Below, in pieces: positions 25,613 to 39,259 of a DNA stretch of 64,000 nucleotides. The stretch comes from Octopus bimaculoides. Its lineage: Eukaryota. The first letter of the stretch is position 1; each line of letters opens with the position of its first letter. The stretch spans positions 170,472,923 to 170,536,922 of the forward strand of contig NC_068981.1 of NCBI RefSeq assembly GCF_001194135.2, read 5' to 3'. The notes under the pieces are model-generated. The model had not been told where the DNA came from, did no database searches, and saw nothing but the letters and a program-made list of their open reading frames with translations. The translations under genes and the position numbers were made by a program.

Positions 25613-28600
25613 GTACGTGTGTATGTTTGTGTATACATTAACGATACACATATAAATATTTTCACTAAAGCAGAGAATAACATTTCAACAGTAAGAATAT
25701 ATGAAACCCCTGAACCATGACCAGTAACCGCTGAACAGTAACAAAAACAATCATCCCAAACAAAGCAAATTCAGAAATCAATTTTAATTTCAGCTTTCTA
25801 AGCGACAAAGATATATATACAAGACGCATGATATAACTTAAATGAACCGAAAACAGAAAAATCAACAAAGATAACAGAAATTAAACGTACATTAAAGTAA
25901 ACATAAACATACGAAAACATTGAAAACAAGGAAACGCAATGAAACACGACAGGCCAATCACTGGAGTCTTAGTAAACATATAGAATTTAAAAATACGCTA
26001 TAAAATCAAAGATACTTTCGTAAAATATACCAACTATAACAATAACGAAATTGATAAACACGAATATTATTTTAAAAAGAACATGAAACAATTAAAGTAT
26101 ATATAAACGAAAACAATAGGTAGGATATGAACCAACATCCTTGTATATAAAATAAACATACATAAGAATTAAAGAGCTCTCCTTAGAACATCGCAGATTC
26201 GGCTAACTTGAATCCCAAGTCAAAGAAATTGATACAAAACACACATTCATAACAAATGTTAAAACTTGCAGAAAAAGTAGAACATGCGAGAATATATATA
26301 TATGTATGTGAATATTTTTTATTAGATTTTTTATTATTGTATATATATATATATGTATGTGAGTTTTTGCGTGTGTGTTAGTGATGTAGAGAAGTGTTCT
26401 CGCCGTAAGTAAAATGGTTGCGCATTTTTCATAATCTCATTTTGGTTTTATAATCTCTTTTGACGCTCGAACTTTCTCTACTTCTTTATTTCTAACATAA
26501 AACGTGACGATGTGATGTAGATGAAAGAAAGAAGAAAAGGAGTAATACAATTATTACGTCCCCTATATTTTGCCTGATTCTCTTCATGCACTCATATCTA
26601 TATTTGTGTGTGTTTGTGTGTGCGTGCACGTGAGTATGTGAGTGCGTATCTATGTATGTGTGTATTATTTGACTGTGTGGGCTTTTTGTCCGTATAAATA
26701 TGTTATTACATACATATTGCGTTGGAGTGTTTGCGTGGACGTACTTCTAAGAGTGCCAATGCCTGCGTTCTATATTATTGATCATAACGTAGCTACGTTA
26801 GCCACGCACCGATGATCTATTTAGAAGTACGTGATAGAGAGCTTGTACATGATTTCAGCCAAGTGTCCTTCAGAATGCGTATATAGATATATCATTCATT
26901 TTTTTATGTTTACATGATCATTATTCTATCATATAATCTACGTTAATTGTAGAATATAGGTTTCATATACAAATAGAAGGACGTTAATAAGCACTAAGTG
27001 TCAGGTTCCAAGTTGTAATCATATGTAAAACGCAAATGGAGACACTCATACATTCGCACTCACAGAAACAGGCAGAAGTACACTCTCATTCGTGTAAGCA
27101 GGAACATTTAGAGATATATTCACTTTCGTATATGAGTGCATACGTGCGTCTAGACGGATTAATGTTTAATCTTATACGAAGCTATATGTAAAAAAAAGTG
27201 ACATTACACGATGCTTTTTCATACGTAGAGTACGTATTTATTATGTTCTTGTATTTTTTTTAATGAAAACGAGTGCCAGTGACTTCGATGTTTCAGTTTA
27301 CTCATCGTTATTAGACTATGATTTTCTTTGCTTTTCCTTAGTGTACCGAGGGTGGCATATTTATTTTCCCATTAAGTAAATAGTAATTTAGACGTTATTC
27401 AAACATAAATTGAAGAATTGCAAATGTTGTATGACGTTTCTCAACGTTCTTACGTTGCATTGTTTTCCCTTAATTAAATATGGCATCTCAAACGAAACAA
27501 GAATAAAGTTTAGCATTGAAAATGGCAGGTAAAAAGAATGGTGAAGTGGTAAATAGTTGAGTAATAACTAAGGGCTATGGTGAAAGCAAAGGTTGGACAT
27601 TTTGAAATGTAAATCTATTTGAAATATTGTCAATAATTATAATAATCAACCTGTAAACTTTCATTAACGATAACCTAAAACTTTTTATTTCATTATAAAA
27701 TGAACAATGGGTATATATGTGTGCGTATGTGTGTGTGTGTAAAGATAGAGGCTTGGGGAGAGATTTCTTTGGAAGGTTGGAAAATGAGCAGCAACGTTAC
27801 TTATGATGTAGGCAAATACAAAATGGTCGTCTAAAAGAAACGATAAAGTCTATGTTTGTCACGAGCGGTGTGAAGGAAAAAGATGACGAATACAATTTGA
27901 TAGAAGCCTAAACCACACGTAATTTACTGGAACCGTCAATCCAAAATTATAAAACTAAAATAAGCACAGACTGATAAGAGGACATACGCTAAAGCTTCAC
28001 ATTCACGGTCGAATCATTATATATATATAATAAACACGCACTCATATATTTGTACAGACATATATGTATGTATGTGGAGATGGATGGAGGAAAGGAAAGT
28101 CAGATGTGTATACATGTGTGCTGAATGTTAGAATTAGTTATGAGGAGAAATACGGTGAAGGCAAATAATTTTATAGAAAAATGTATATCTAAGCTGACAT
28201 CTATTTTCTTTTACCATAATTTTCAAGGCAACACAATGAAGAAGTGAATCAGATGATTCCGTTGATTTTTACATATTTTGTAGTTTATTCTTTTATACAT
28301 GACTACTCATTTTCCTTGTTAAATGTTACTTCACTGTGAATTTATTTATAGGTGACTTGTTCGTTTTATTAGTCTGGTCGGTTATTATTTCCTAATTCTA
28401 ATTGAATTTCTAATACATATTTTCTTGGCGTGACTGTGCTTATAAGAGCACCATTTCAGTTCGCGAGGTAGGTATATTTGTTGAGTTCTTATTTCGTAAA
28501 TGAAATAGCAAACGTTAGAAGCCGACCAATGAAAATTATATATGCACACAGAATAACGAACCCACTTCAAAACATTATTAGGAATACGGAAATTAAAGCA

Positions 28601-28642
28601 AAGTTCAGCTACAATGGCGTGAACATCACTTCATGAGTAAAC

Positions 28643-28705
<63 letters not shown>

Positions 28706-29180
28706 TAAATGAATAAATAACACCAGATGGATAAGGCATCAATGCATTACAACTGTTTCATCACAACGAATTTTCAGTTGATTAATGGACACATCACATC
28801 ATTAGAAAAAAAAAAAACCTTTCCATCCGTTACGGTTATTGATATACTCAATCGGGTACAATTAATCGTATGCATAACCTGAATATCTTTCTGTCTGTAT
28901 TTCGGTACCCGCATATATATATATCTACTTTTCTTGTATACAAATTTTACTTTTCGACCCGACCCGGTGCCTTACCATTTAAATGCATGATTCACTTTAA
29001 TCTTGACCTATCACATATATTGTTGTAACGTATTTATTACTTACAATAAATAAGATAACCAGACAACCATAAAAACAATGTAACGAACTAATAATCAATA
29101 TTCCTTGAGAACTAACCAACCGACACTTTCCGACTTTACTGCGAACCAACACGAACTTCACTCGACTCCGAACTCTGAAC

Positions 29181-30357
29181 ATGTTTTTCCTCGAAATGTG
29201 AAATTAGTTCACATTTCGCCTATGAAATGTGATTTGTCACCCGTCAGCTACGAGCAGATTTCGCTGATTTTCTCAACAGAGGTTTCCTTATTTTCTTCCA
29301 TGTGTCCATATTCATTAATGAAATATCACTTTCAGTATCCCAATTGAAGTTCAGTATGTATTCCAATTATTTTTACGTGTACGAATTTTCTTATTTGGGA
29401 GTCGATTTTTGTTTCTGCTGAGAGCACTCTAGGATTTTTAACGTTCTACCTTCGTAATTTTGTTCTGAAGTGTGAACTCTTGTGACCAGCTCTTTTGCAA
29501 CTGTAGCATATTTGATTTTTAAATAGACAATCTTTTCTGAAATGTATGCCTGCACATCCATAACATGTATTAGGACATCAGGCTCTTTTTTTATTGTACT
29601 TTTCCGGTCAGCATATCTGTATTTTTGAGGAATCCATCTCTTGAATGTTTTCTACATCATGTTTCAGGCTTGCCATCCTTTAGCATTCTTCTGACAAGGA
29701 CTGTAAGGTTAAAACTTGGTTCGCTTGTTCTAATTTAGAAAGAATTGTTGCCCGAATTTCTGTATCTTCGCTTGTTATAATGCCTTGTACTAAAATAAGA
29801 CACTTTAACATCTCAGGTGTAAGTTCTTTGAGTTTATATCTTTCACGCATCCAGGTGACTGTTCCTGCGTACGTGATAAAATCATCATTCTCTTTTTTAG
29901 TTACATTCCAGCACTCCATTTGAGTGTTAAACAGAGAAGTTTTATCACCGAATATGTTAGACAGTAATTCTATTACGTCTTTAAAACAAATTTCATTGAG
30001 TTTTGTGGGCGATATGAAATTAGAGTAACCTTCATGTTATAACGGAGTTAATTTTCGCCATAACAATCTCGCTTTTTGTTCGTCCGACCATGATTTACAA
30101 TCTTGCTTTAAAATCTTGTACCTTCTGTAGTACGATGCAAAAGTTCTACCCCTCTCTGGGTTATAACTGAATTCATTAATCGCGTACGAAACGTCGTCTG
30201 GCGAAAACGAACTTACCTCATTTTTGGACTTCTCTGAATGTAGCCCCAATAACTGTAGTTGTTGTAGTTGTTACTGTAATAGTTGCGTCTGCGACTCCTG
30301 TTGCTGCTCTTGTTCTTGCTTTTGCAACTGCACTGTGAAAGCTAATAGGTCTTCCAT
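29181..30357 (-). pseudogene. Gypsy gag-protease pseudogene
   Basis: MEDLLAFTVQLQKQEQEQQQ..., F.YNPERGRTFASYYRRY..W.DEQKARLL.RKL, knuckles CYGCAGIHFRKDC and CYSCKRAGHKSSH, protease-like D-T-E-S-D-I-S (DTG motif mutated). Stops and frameshifts. Confidence 0.88.
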
Positions 30358-30415
30358 TTATTTAACAAGTTGTATCACGAACGAATTGATAAATAACTTA
30401 CGAGAGCTTCGAAAA

Positions 30416-30426
30416 CTTCGTCGCCA
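30416..30426 (-). promoter_or_regulatory. Primer-binding site, probably tRNA-Ser(GCU)
   Basis: Minus strand TGGCGACGAAG, 2 nt after the LTR end (..TTACAGCA). Resembles the complement of the tRNA-Ser(GCU) 3' end (TGGCGACGAGG), one mismatch. Confidence 0.7.
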
Positions 30427-32157
30427 GATGCTGTAATGTAATTGTTACGTAGAATAAATAAGATAACCAAACAACCGTAAAAACAATGTAATGAACTAAC
30501 AAATCACTTTACGATCCAACAATCAATAATCCTTGTGAAGTAACCAATCGACACCTTCCGACTACACTGCGAACTAACACGAACTTTACTCGACTCCGAA
30601 CTCTGAACCTCTGAACTTACTCGGATCGTTACTATGCATACTTTACTCAGACCAGTCTATTTCTTGCAAGGGTGCGTCGTAACTCTCATCATAAAATATT
30701 TATATATATGTANNNNNNNNNNNNNNNNNNNNNNNNNNNNNNNNNNNNNNNNNNNNNNNNNNNNNNNNNNNNNNNNNNNNNNNNNNNNNNNNNNNNNNNN
30801 NNNNNNNNNNNNNNNNNNNNNNNNNNNNNNNNNNNNNNNNNNNNNNNNNNNNNNNNNNNNNNNNNNNNNNNNNTATATATATATATATATATATATGTTT
30901 GTGTACGTGTATGTATATGTGTGTGTGTAAGACTTTATATTGGGACATTTTCTTCAAATGCGTTTTTTCGTGGTCATATTTTGTTATCTCTAACTGTGCA
31001 AATACTCTACATCATCCGGTCTCTTTTTCAAATCTTGACAGACGATTGCATCGCAAGTAAAGTGGATTTGCCTTCCCGTTGTTGAATATGAAATAATTAC
31101 ACCTTTACTATCCGTACGTTTATTTTTGCGTGCAAACATACAGTAATTTATTCTAATGCGTAATGCTATTAAGTATATGAAAGTATATGCCGTTTAAATA
31201 CGTTATACCTCTGTACTATGGCATTAATTTCACATGTTTAAATTTGTTTCTTTGCTTTTCTAATGAATATATTTAATGTCTAAATATTCATTTTCTTCTT
31301 TCTTGTTTGTTCGGAAATGTTTCGCTATCATCTAAAGGTATTTTATATTTCCTATGTATAAAGTTATTCATTGGTTAATATTAAAGCATTTAAATAACAT
31401 TTTCTATTGATTTAGCTTTGAAAATAATAATTCCAGAAGAATAAAACAGACACAAGATGTGCAATTGAAGGAAAGGCAATAACGCTGCTATAATAATGAA
31501 AAGACGTTGGGAAAACTATGCACGATTGCCACAATGTAACCGACAAGGACTTACAGGTATTCAGAACCGTTGAACTTACACGTTTGAAAATGATACAAGC
31601 AATCAATAATTGTAACTGGCTGTGCAAAATATGAGCGTGTATCCTCTAAGGTAATGTATAATGCCACTGTACATCAGATGCTGATTTCATCGGAAAGAAG
31701 ATGTTTGATCTCGCCATTGAAAAAGATAATTTACCTAGCAACAGTAACATACCGCTTATTGCTTTAATTAACATGAAAGCATTGAGAGCTCGGGAAATAT
31801 TAATTAGCTGGCTTATCTAGATGGCTTTTATCATGGAAATCGTAATATGCTTGAAAACTGTTGTTTTAGATCTGTAACGGTCCTTTACATAATTGCAGCA
31901 TGCGGGAGGCTCTTCAATTATGAGATATGCTATTGAGATATCCCTGGAATGATATTATTTAAGACAAAAAAAATTATCCAATTTGCGGTTCTTAAACTAT
32001 ATATATTCTTCTCCTAAGCACTCTGTTTATCGCATTATTATATAGAGGTGAGGAGAAAGAAAATACTGCTCTTTTAATCAATGTATACCGTCCTTGAACA
32101 TCAACATTAGTCTTCAGGACAGGTGGCATATATGTATATATATATATATAGGTGGCA

Positions 32158-32203
<46 letters not shown>

Positions 32204-32208
<5 letters not shown>

Positions 32209-32420
32209 AGCTTCTGATATGTTGTTCTACCTATGTCAAACAAGAATGTTACATTTTTTGGATGACAGATAAAATTCGTTAACATACATACATATATATT
32301 TACACGATTAATTATATTTTCTGCCCGTGTACAAGTGTATGTTAACGAATTTTATCTGTCATCCAAAAAATGTAACGTTCTTGTTTGACATAGGTAGAAC
32401 AACTTATCAGAAGCTTGATA
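32204..32420. mobile_element. Near-perfect fold-back / MITE-like element (217 bp)
   Basis: 85 bp arms (32204-32288 and 32336-32420) with 2 mismatches; ends TATCAAGCTTCTG / CAGAAGCTTGATA; left end abuts a (TA)n run. Confidence 0.9.
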
Positions 32421-32557
32421 ACAATCAATTTTATCATCGCTCTCACAAAAGAGCATTATATAAACATTGAAAGTACCAAAATGTATTAGACATTCTTTAG
32501 AGTACTACAAAAATGCATACGCACATACATATATACATACTCACACGCATGCATACA

Positions 32558-32588
<31 letters not shown>

Positions 32589-33673
32589 GTAAATCTATAT
32601 ATCTGTAAATGCACGTGGGTGTTATATTTTCAATATTATATTAGCGAAAGAAATTTCATGAAGACGTAAAAAATTACTAAATACGTATTGTCGAGTAAAT
32701 ATTTCGCATAATACTCGATGGCTATTCCATTACAATAAGAAAAAGCAAATAAAAGGAAAAATTCTCAGTTGTAGCCTCTGCAAAACAAGTAATCCAAGTG
32801 AAAGGCATGTACNNNNNNNNNNNNNNNNNNNNNNNNNNNNNNNNNNNNNNNNNNNNNNNNNNNNNNNNNNNNNNNNNNNNNNNNNNNNNNNNNNNNNNNN
32901 NNNNNNNNNNNNNNNNNNNNNNNNNNNNNNNNNNNNNNNNNNNNNNNNNNNNNNNNNNNNNNNNNNNNNNNNNNNNNNNNNNNNNNNNNNNNNNNNNNNN
33001 NNNNNNNNNNNNNNNNNNNNNNNNNNNNNNNNNNNNNNNNNNNNNNNNNNNNNNNNNNNNNNNNNNNNNNGTTAATGTACCCCTAGCCAACAGTTATCCA
33101 GTGGGGATGAAGGGGCATAACACAGAGACCACGATCCGCAGGAACCGGTCTAAGGCTGAATGTGGACAAGAGCACACACAAACACACAAACACACACTCA
33201 CACTCACACACACATGCAGACACACATAGATATATATTGCATAACAGTTTGTTTTGATTATTTTTTGGATTAACCAATATGGAGTAAATAATTCTATGAA
33301 TAAACAATTAAAGTATGTTGCTATTTAATTAACGAAAAACATAATCGTTTGTTGTTTTGGAGTGAAATTATATTCTCTTTCTTTTTCGTATTTCTGAGTT
33401 TAGTTTTTCTCGGTATTTCAAATCTACTTTAATTGCTATTTCTAGATTTTAAAACTAATATTGCAGCAATTAAATAATTACTTCTGAATGAAAAAGAACT
33501 ACGAATTTTTTTTATGGAATTTTAGATGTAAACCACTCTAATCGAGGTAGGATGAAATAAATTGGTATTAATAAACCAAATCACTATTTAAATCGTGTTT
33601 TTTTTAATGTTGGCGATGCAGTGATGTATGCATAAGTACTTATGCATATGTTTGTATGTTGACTATATGTATG

Positions 33674-33718
<45 letters not shown>

Positions 33719-33730
33719 ATATATATATAT

Positions 33731-33858
33731 ATATATATATGGGGGGTATGTGTGTGTGTTTGCGTATGTGTGTGTTTGAGTGGGTATGTAATAAGTACAT
33801 GTATATACGTATATATATATGGGGGGTATGTGTGTGTGTTTGCGTATGTGTGTGTTTG
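33731..33858. repeat. 80 bp-period minisatellite running into a gap
   Basis: ATATATATATGGGGGGTATGTGTGTGTGTTTGCGTATGTGTGTGTTTG at 33731 and 33811. Confidence 0.75.
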
Positions 33859-34469
33859 NNNNNNNNNNNNNNNNNNNNNNNNNNNNNNNNNNNNNNNNNN
33901 NNNNNNNNNNNNNNNNNNNNNNNNNNNNNNNNNNNNNNNNNNNNNNNNNNNNNNNNNNNNNNNNNNNNNNNNNNNNNNNNNNNNNNNNNNNNNNNNNNNN
34001 NNNNNNNNNNNNNNNNNNNNNNNNNNNNNNNNNNNNNNNNNNNNNNNNNNNNNNNNNNNNNNNNNNNNNNNNNNNNNNNNNNNNNNNNNNNNNNNNNNNN
34101 NNNNNNNNNNNNNNNNNNNNNNNNNNNNNNNNNNNNNNNNNNNNNNNNNNNNNNNNNNNNNNNNNNNNNNNNNNNNNNNNNNNNNNNNNNNNNNNNNNNN
34201 NNNNNNNNNNNNNNNNNNNNNNNNNNNNNNNNNNNNNNNNNNNNNNNNNNNNNNNNNNNNNNNNNNNNNNNNNNNNNNNNNNNNNNNNNNNNNNNNNNNN
34301 NNNNNNNNNNNNNNNNNNNNNNNNNNNNNNNNNNNNNNNNNNNNNNNNNNNNNNNNNNNNNNNNNNNNNNNNNNNNNNNNNNNNNNNNNNNNNNNNNNNN
34401 NNNNNNNNNNNNNNNNNNNNNNNNNNNNNNNNNNNNNNNNNNNNNNNNNNNNNNNNNNNNNNNNNNNNN

Positions 34470-34514
<45 letters not shown>

Positions 34515-34565
34515 ATCCATATACATGAGTGTGTGTGTGTGTGTTCTTTTTCTTTTTCTTTTTTC

Positions 34566-34760
34566 TTTTATTTGTTTCAGCCAGTTGACTGCAGCCATGC
34601 TATAGCACAGCCTATACTAGAACAAATTGAACCCAAGACTTATTCTTTGTAAGCCTAGTACTTATTCTATCGGTCTCTTGTGCCGAACCGCTAAGTTACC
34701 TGGACCTAAACACACCAACATCGGTTGTCAAGCGATGGTGGGGAGTACAAACACACACAC
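34566..34760 (-). mobile_element. SINE family A, 3' half
   Basis: Matches 63590-63780 (GACTTATTCTTTGTAAGCCTAGT.CTTATTCTATCGGTC...CCGAACCGCTAAGTTAC). Confidence 0.85.
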
Positions 34761-35136
34761 AAAACACACAAAGCACACAAAGACATATGTATATATAACC
34801 ACACACACAATATTTACATAAATGTGTGAATGCGTGTATATTTGCGTTTGTTTCTCGACACTGTTTGACCGATTCACCACCTGTCTAGAAGACTTTATGT
34901 CCCATTAGCTTAGTGTTTCGTCAAAAGAGATGACAGAATGAGTACTAAGCTAAAAAAGAATTAATATACTGGGGTCTAGTCGTTCAATCCAGGTGTATTG
35001 CAAAAGTCCGCATTACTTGGGACTGCACGCATATTGCCTAAAGTATTGTCTGTCAGAGATCCTTGTTGTGACTTGACAGACAGTAAAACAATATCTTCAA
35101 TCAACAACCTTACGATATTGTATACTCTGCGACGTC

Positions 35137-35212
<76 letters not shown>

Positions 35213-35235
35213 ATAATAATAATAATAATAATAAT

Positions 35236-35777
35236 GCCCTGATGCAGTACCAGGCAGTGGCTGTCATGGCTTCTGATCTTAATTGATTGGAAGTGTTATC
35301 ATGTACATTGTTTTGTCTTGATATAACAGATGGGCTATAGGAAATATTCTGCTCAATGTCGCAGATTTGCTTGTCAGTTACTTGACCATAACCATTTGAG
35401 CATGTACTTAGTGGCTGATTATAAGTGCATATCTATCAAGAGCTAAAGTAGTGGGGGAGCATCATAGCCATGTGTTGAGAGGAATTCTTTGCAGTTTGAA
35501 TAATTCATCTTTGGAATCATGGATGTTTTGTTCAACATTCTCAAACAACTGCTTTTGAGCAGAATGGGCTACTCGACCTGGAGGAAAATTTTAACTAGGC
35601 CCCACCTGCAAGGTCATGAGTTGTTTAACTCGATGTGAGATCACCATGTCGCGCTCATATGGTTGTGATGAATGTGCTTGGTGTACCTTTACCAGACGGG
35701 AAATCCTGATGCGTATACTGGGCTTTGTACAGTTTACCCCAGTGACACTTTGATGGCGTGCACTGCTCTCTCACTCT
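35236..35777. mobile_element. 542 bp non-coding interspersed element embedded in an (AAT)n microsatellite
   Basis: Sharp transition from (AAT)n (35139-35235) to a GC-richer body and back to (AAT)n (35778-35852). No ORF. Repeat status is inferred; only one copy lies in the window. Confidence 0.6.
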
Positions 35778-35787
35778 AATAATAATA

Positions 35788-35854
<67 letters not shown>

Positions 35855-38670
35855 TGAGAAGAAGAAGAGGAGGAGGAGGAGGAGGAGGAGAGGATTTGCT
35901 ATGTAGGAAACAAAAGATGCTACAGGTGAGAGAAACAAGAGTGCCAAATAATCGACGTGTCAGTGCAAGGAAATCAACATATTAAGAGAGAGTTTATATG
36001 TGCATGTTGAAAGAGAGTGAGAGATAGAGAGAGGCAGACAGACAGACAGAGAGCGAGAGATAGACAGACAGAGACAGAGGGCATGTGATGTAGTAAGCTG
36101 GAAAGATAAGATTGCAGGTTAATTACTTGACCTCATAATTCAAATCACCACTGATTTCCCATTTCAAGATCTGTATTAAAAAATAATAAATGTAATAGCA
36201 GGATTCATCATTCTATGTTTTCTCTTTCATGCTGCATCAAAATAGATAAAGACGACACATACATTTCAGAACTTTTTCCCCTCCTCATGAGAAGGAAATC
36301 TCGAAGAAGATTCTTTCAACACAGTAATCTCCAAGACGAATTATGGGACTTTGTGATTCTTCATTAATGCATCTAATGCTTTCAAGAAAAACATTTACCC
36401 CCTCAGTTTATCAATTTTAGTCTCACTCTAAATCAAAACCATGTACACATTCAAATATAATTGAATTGGTCTTTATCAGAAAGTTATCTTTTTTGTTATT
36501 AATATTTGATTATACATTGACGCGTAGGTATGTAATATAACGTATGCAAGTGGTACCGAAATGGGGATGCACACTTTCATAAGATCACCGAAATTATAGC
36601 TGGCATTACCAAAATAATCATTGCACGAGGGAATTTTTAAAGCGGATGACAGAGTGTGATAAACAATAGCATACGACCCGTTACGACATTATTATTATCT
36701 TGTAATACGCACAAGCTTCAATAGTTAATGAGTTGTATGAAATATTGTGTATAACAAAAGCGGAAGTACGACGCTAATGGGACGCAAATATTGAATATCT
36801 AAATATCGAAATGGAAAAGAAAAGCAAGAAGGAAAATTCCGGTAGTCTGAAAACAATGACTCTCTTGTATATTGAAATAAATAACTGTATTTTAATATTG
36901 TGGAGAATACATTATGTACAAGTAAGTCAACACCTATTGTCTGGCCTTATATTCGAACAGTAACAGAATTCGACTTTTGTATCGGTTAAAATTGCATGAG
37001 GTTTGTTATTTGGCTTGATAGTTATTGTTATTTTTTCTCAGTCTTTATCAATCTTCTACATATAACGTTAACGGTAAATAGCTATTGACATACAGTTTCT
37101 ATGGAAAATGAAAATAAGTCTCATAAAGAAAGACAGGGTAATTCATAAACTTGGGAAAACAAAAAGCACAAAAATTTTACACTATTTGTCTTACAATTTC
37201 AAATATCATATACGTAAATAGGATAAATATACAAATATAATTATTGTCTTACAGAATATGTTCGTACGCTCAACAATACAATATAGGAAATACACTATAT
37301 GAAAGAATGATAGATACTTTTACATAATATTACAACCTAAAACATTTTGAAAGAGAAATATTTTCACACATATAACGGAAGTGGCAACTGATAATCAGAG
37401 ACTGCAATTTTTTTACTTAACGAACCCTTGCTGTATTCTGTAATATTATTTCGAAAATGTGATAATTTCAGAATGTCCAGTCTTTAAAATATTTATAAAC
37501 ATTTCCACTGAATAAGTATCAAACGAAAAGGGACTTCTCGACAGCAAATATAATTTTCATAAGGCTTAGTTTCTTTATTTCCACTTTCACTACGACTAAG
37601 CTATCGAACTTATAAACCGTCAATTGATATACACAAAGACAATGTAACACTATATTTATTCCTGAAGAAGTAGGAAATTAATATAGTTTAAGCTTTTCAT
37701 TACTCCCGTACGCAGCCACTCTTATCTTGAAAATAATCAATAATAGCTTCTCATCTTAAAATAAGAAACCGTTACGTAATTTATTCTGTTATAGGAACAA
37801 AACCATTACCAAGAATGATTTTAGGCTTCAAAGAATCATCTCCTGAAATCGTTGTAAGGTTCATCTACAATTCACTTACTTTTAGCGACGACTTATTCCA
37901 TTCCATACAACTGCTTCAACTGAAGACTCTGCGTACCAATGAAGCAGAACAGGTAAAAGGAAGACTTGTCAAATATAGGTTAAGTGATACTACATTGTGT
38001 AAGAGAATAAATAGAGAAAGCGATATGTTGCAGTGTATATAAGCTGAGTGAATATATACCTGAAGCTATATGAAACGTATTCATTCGTTTTTGTTTTTCC
38101 AACATCCGTATCAGTTACCTGTTCTACGGCTGATAGATAAGAAGACCAACAGAGTGGAAAGAAAAAAAAAACATTGGAAGTAGAATAGGATTGTATGCAC
38201 AATCATATGTATACATATCTGTATGCAACTATATATACATATATAAATATAAATAAATATATATATATATATATATANNNNNNNNNNNNNNNNNNNNNNN
38301 NNNNNNNNNNNNNNNNNNNNNNNNNNNNNNNNNNNNNNNNNNNNNNNNNNNNNNNNNNNNNNNNNNNNNNNNNNNNNNNNNNNNNNNNNNNNNNNNNNNN
38401 NNNNNNNNNNNNNNNNNNNNNNNNNNNNNNNNNNNNNNNNNNNNNNNNNNNNNNNNNNNNNNNNNNNNNNNNNNNNNNNNNNNNNNNNNNNNNNNNNNNN
38501 NNNNNNNNNNNNNNNNNNNNNNNNNNNNNNNNNNNNNNNNNNNNNNNNNNNNNNNNNNNNNNNNNNNNNNNNNNNNNNNNNNNNNNNNNNNNNNNNNNNN
38601 NNNNNNNNNNNNNNNNNNNNNNNNNNNNNNNNNNNNNNNNNNNNNNNNNNNNNNNNNNNNNNNNNATATA

Positions 38671-39259
38671 CCTGCCACAACTATGCGAACCTGTTCATTG
38701 CCTACGTTGAGGTGCAACTCACTCTCCCGCGAACATCTAGACTACTTCATCTCTTTTGTAAAATCTTTCCATCCTGCCCTCCACTTCCTGCACTATCTCT
38801 GACACCTCTGTATCCTTTCATGACATTTCGGTCAGCATTCATCACTCCACTCTAACCACTTCCATCCACTACAAACACACAGACTCATATTAATACCTCA
38901 ACTTCTCCTCCTCCTACCCTAAACACACCAAGCTTTCCATTTCCTATTCCCAATACCTCCGTCTACGCAGGCTCTGTAGTGACAAGCATGACTTTGAGAC
39001 TCAGTTTCAACTCATATCTCGCCACTTCTCCCTACGTGGAAATCCCCTCACCACTATGCACACCGGCCTTGCCAGAGCACGCTCCGTGGACCGTGCATCT
39101 TCTCTCTCCCTCAAACCTGCCCCGCCGTCTCCCGCCTCCCGTCTCTTGTTTGCGCTCACCTACCACCCTACCACCCTACCTCTCCAACGCACCATTCTCC
39201 GAGCCATCCAGTGACTCCTGTCCGACCCCTACACTTCTTGGTCCACAGATTCTTCCCTA
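38671..39259 (+). mobile_element. Penelope-like element, RT C-terminal/thumb region
   Basis: YANLF.AYVE, FISFVKSFHPALHF, SIHYK.TDS..YLNFSSS.PKHTKLSIP.SQYLRLRRLCSD..F and LTYHP motifs. Frameshifted; continues into a gap. Confidence 0.85.

Larger units (their letters stand above)
29021..30680 (-). mobile_element. Ty3/Gypsy LTR retrotransposon, internally deleted (no RT/RNaseH/IN)
   Basis: LTR-derived direct repeats at 29021-29180 and from 30429, PBS, gag with two CCHC knuckles and a protease remnant. The right boundary is uncertain. Confidence 0.9.

Noticed and set aside
25680-26200. A-rich tract with a faint TLKTR motif suggesting a GIY-YIG remnant
   Set aside because: Too degenerate; no further motifs recovered.
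29181-29278. Apparent LTR extension ending in CAACA (TGTTG...CAACA)
   Set aside because: This segment translates in continuity with the protease on the minus strand and is absent from the other LTR.
30224-30436. Cys-rich, metallothionein-like ORF (CSCCSCYCNSCVCDSCCC)
   Set aside because: It is the antisense reading of the Gln-rich (CAA/CAG) start of the Gypsy gag.
32121-32165. Short duplication of GGTGGCATATATGTATATA
   Set aside because: Lies within a (TA)n tract; probably slippage or an assembly artefact.
35236-35270. CTGATGCAG near the start of the (AAT)n-embedded element as a hammerhead core
   Set aside because: Not CUGANGA, and there is no helix II-GAAA downstream.
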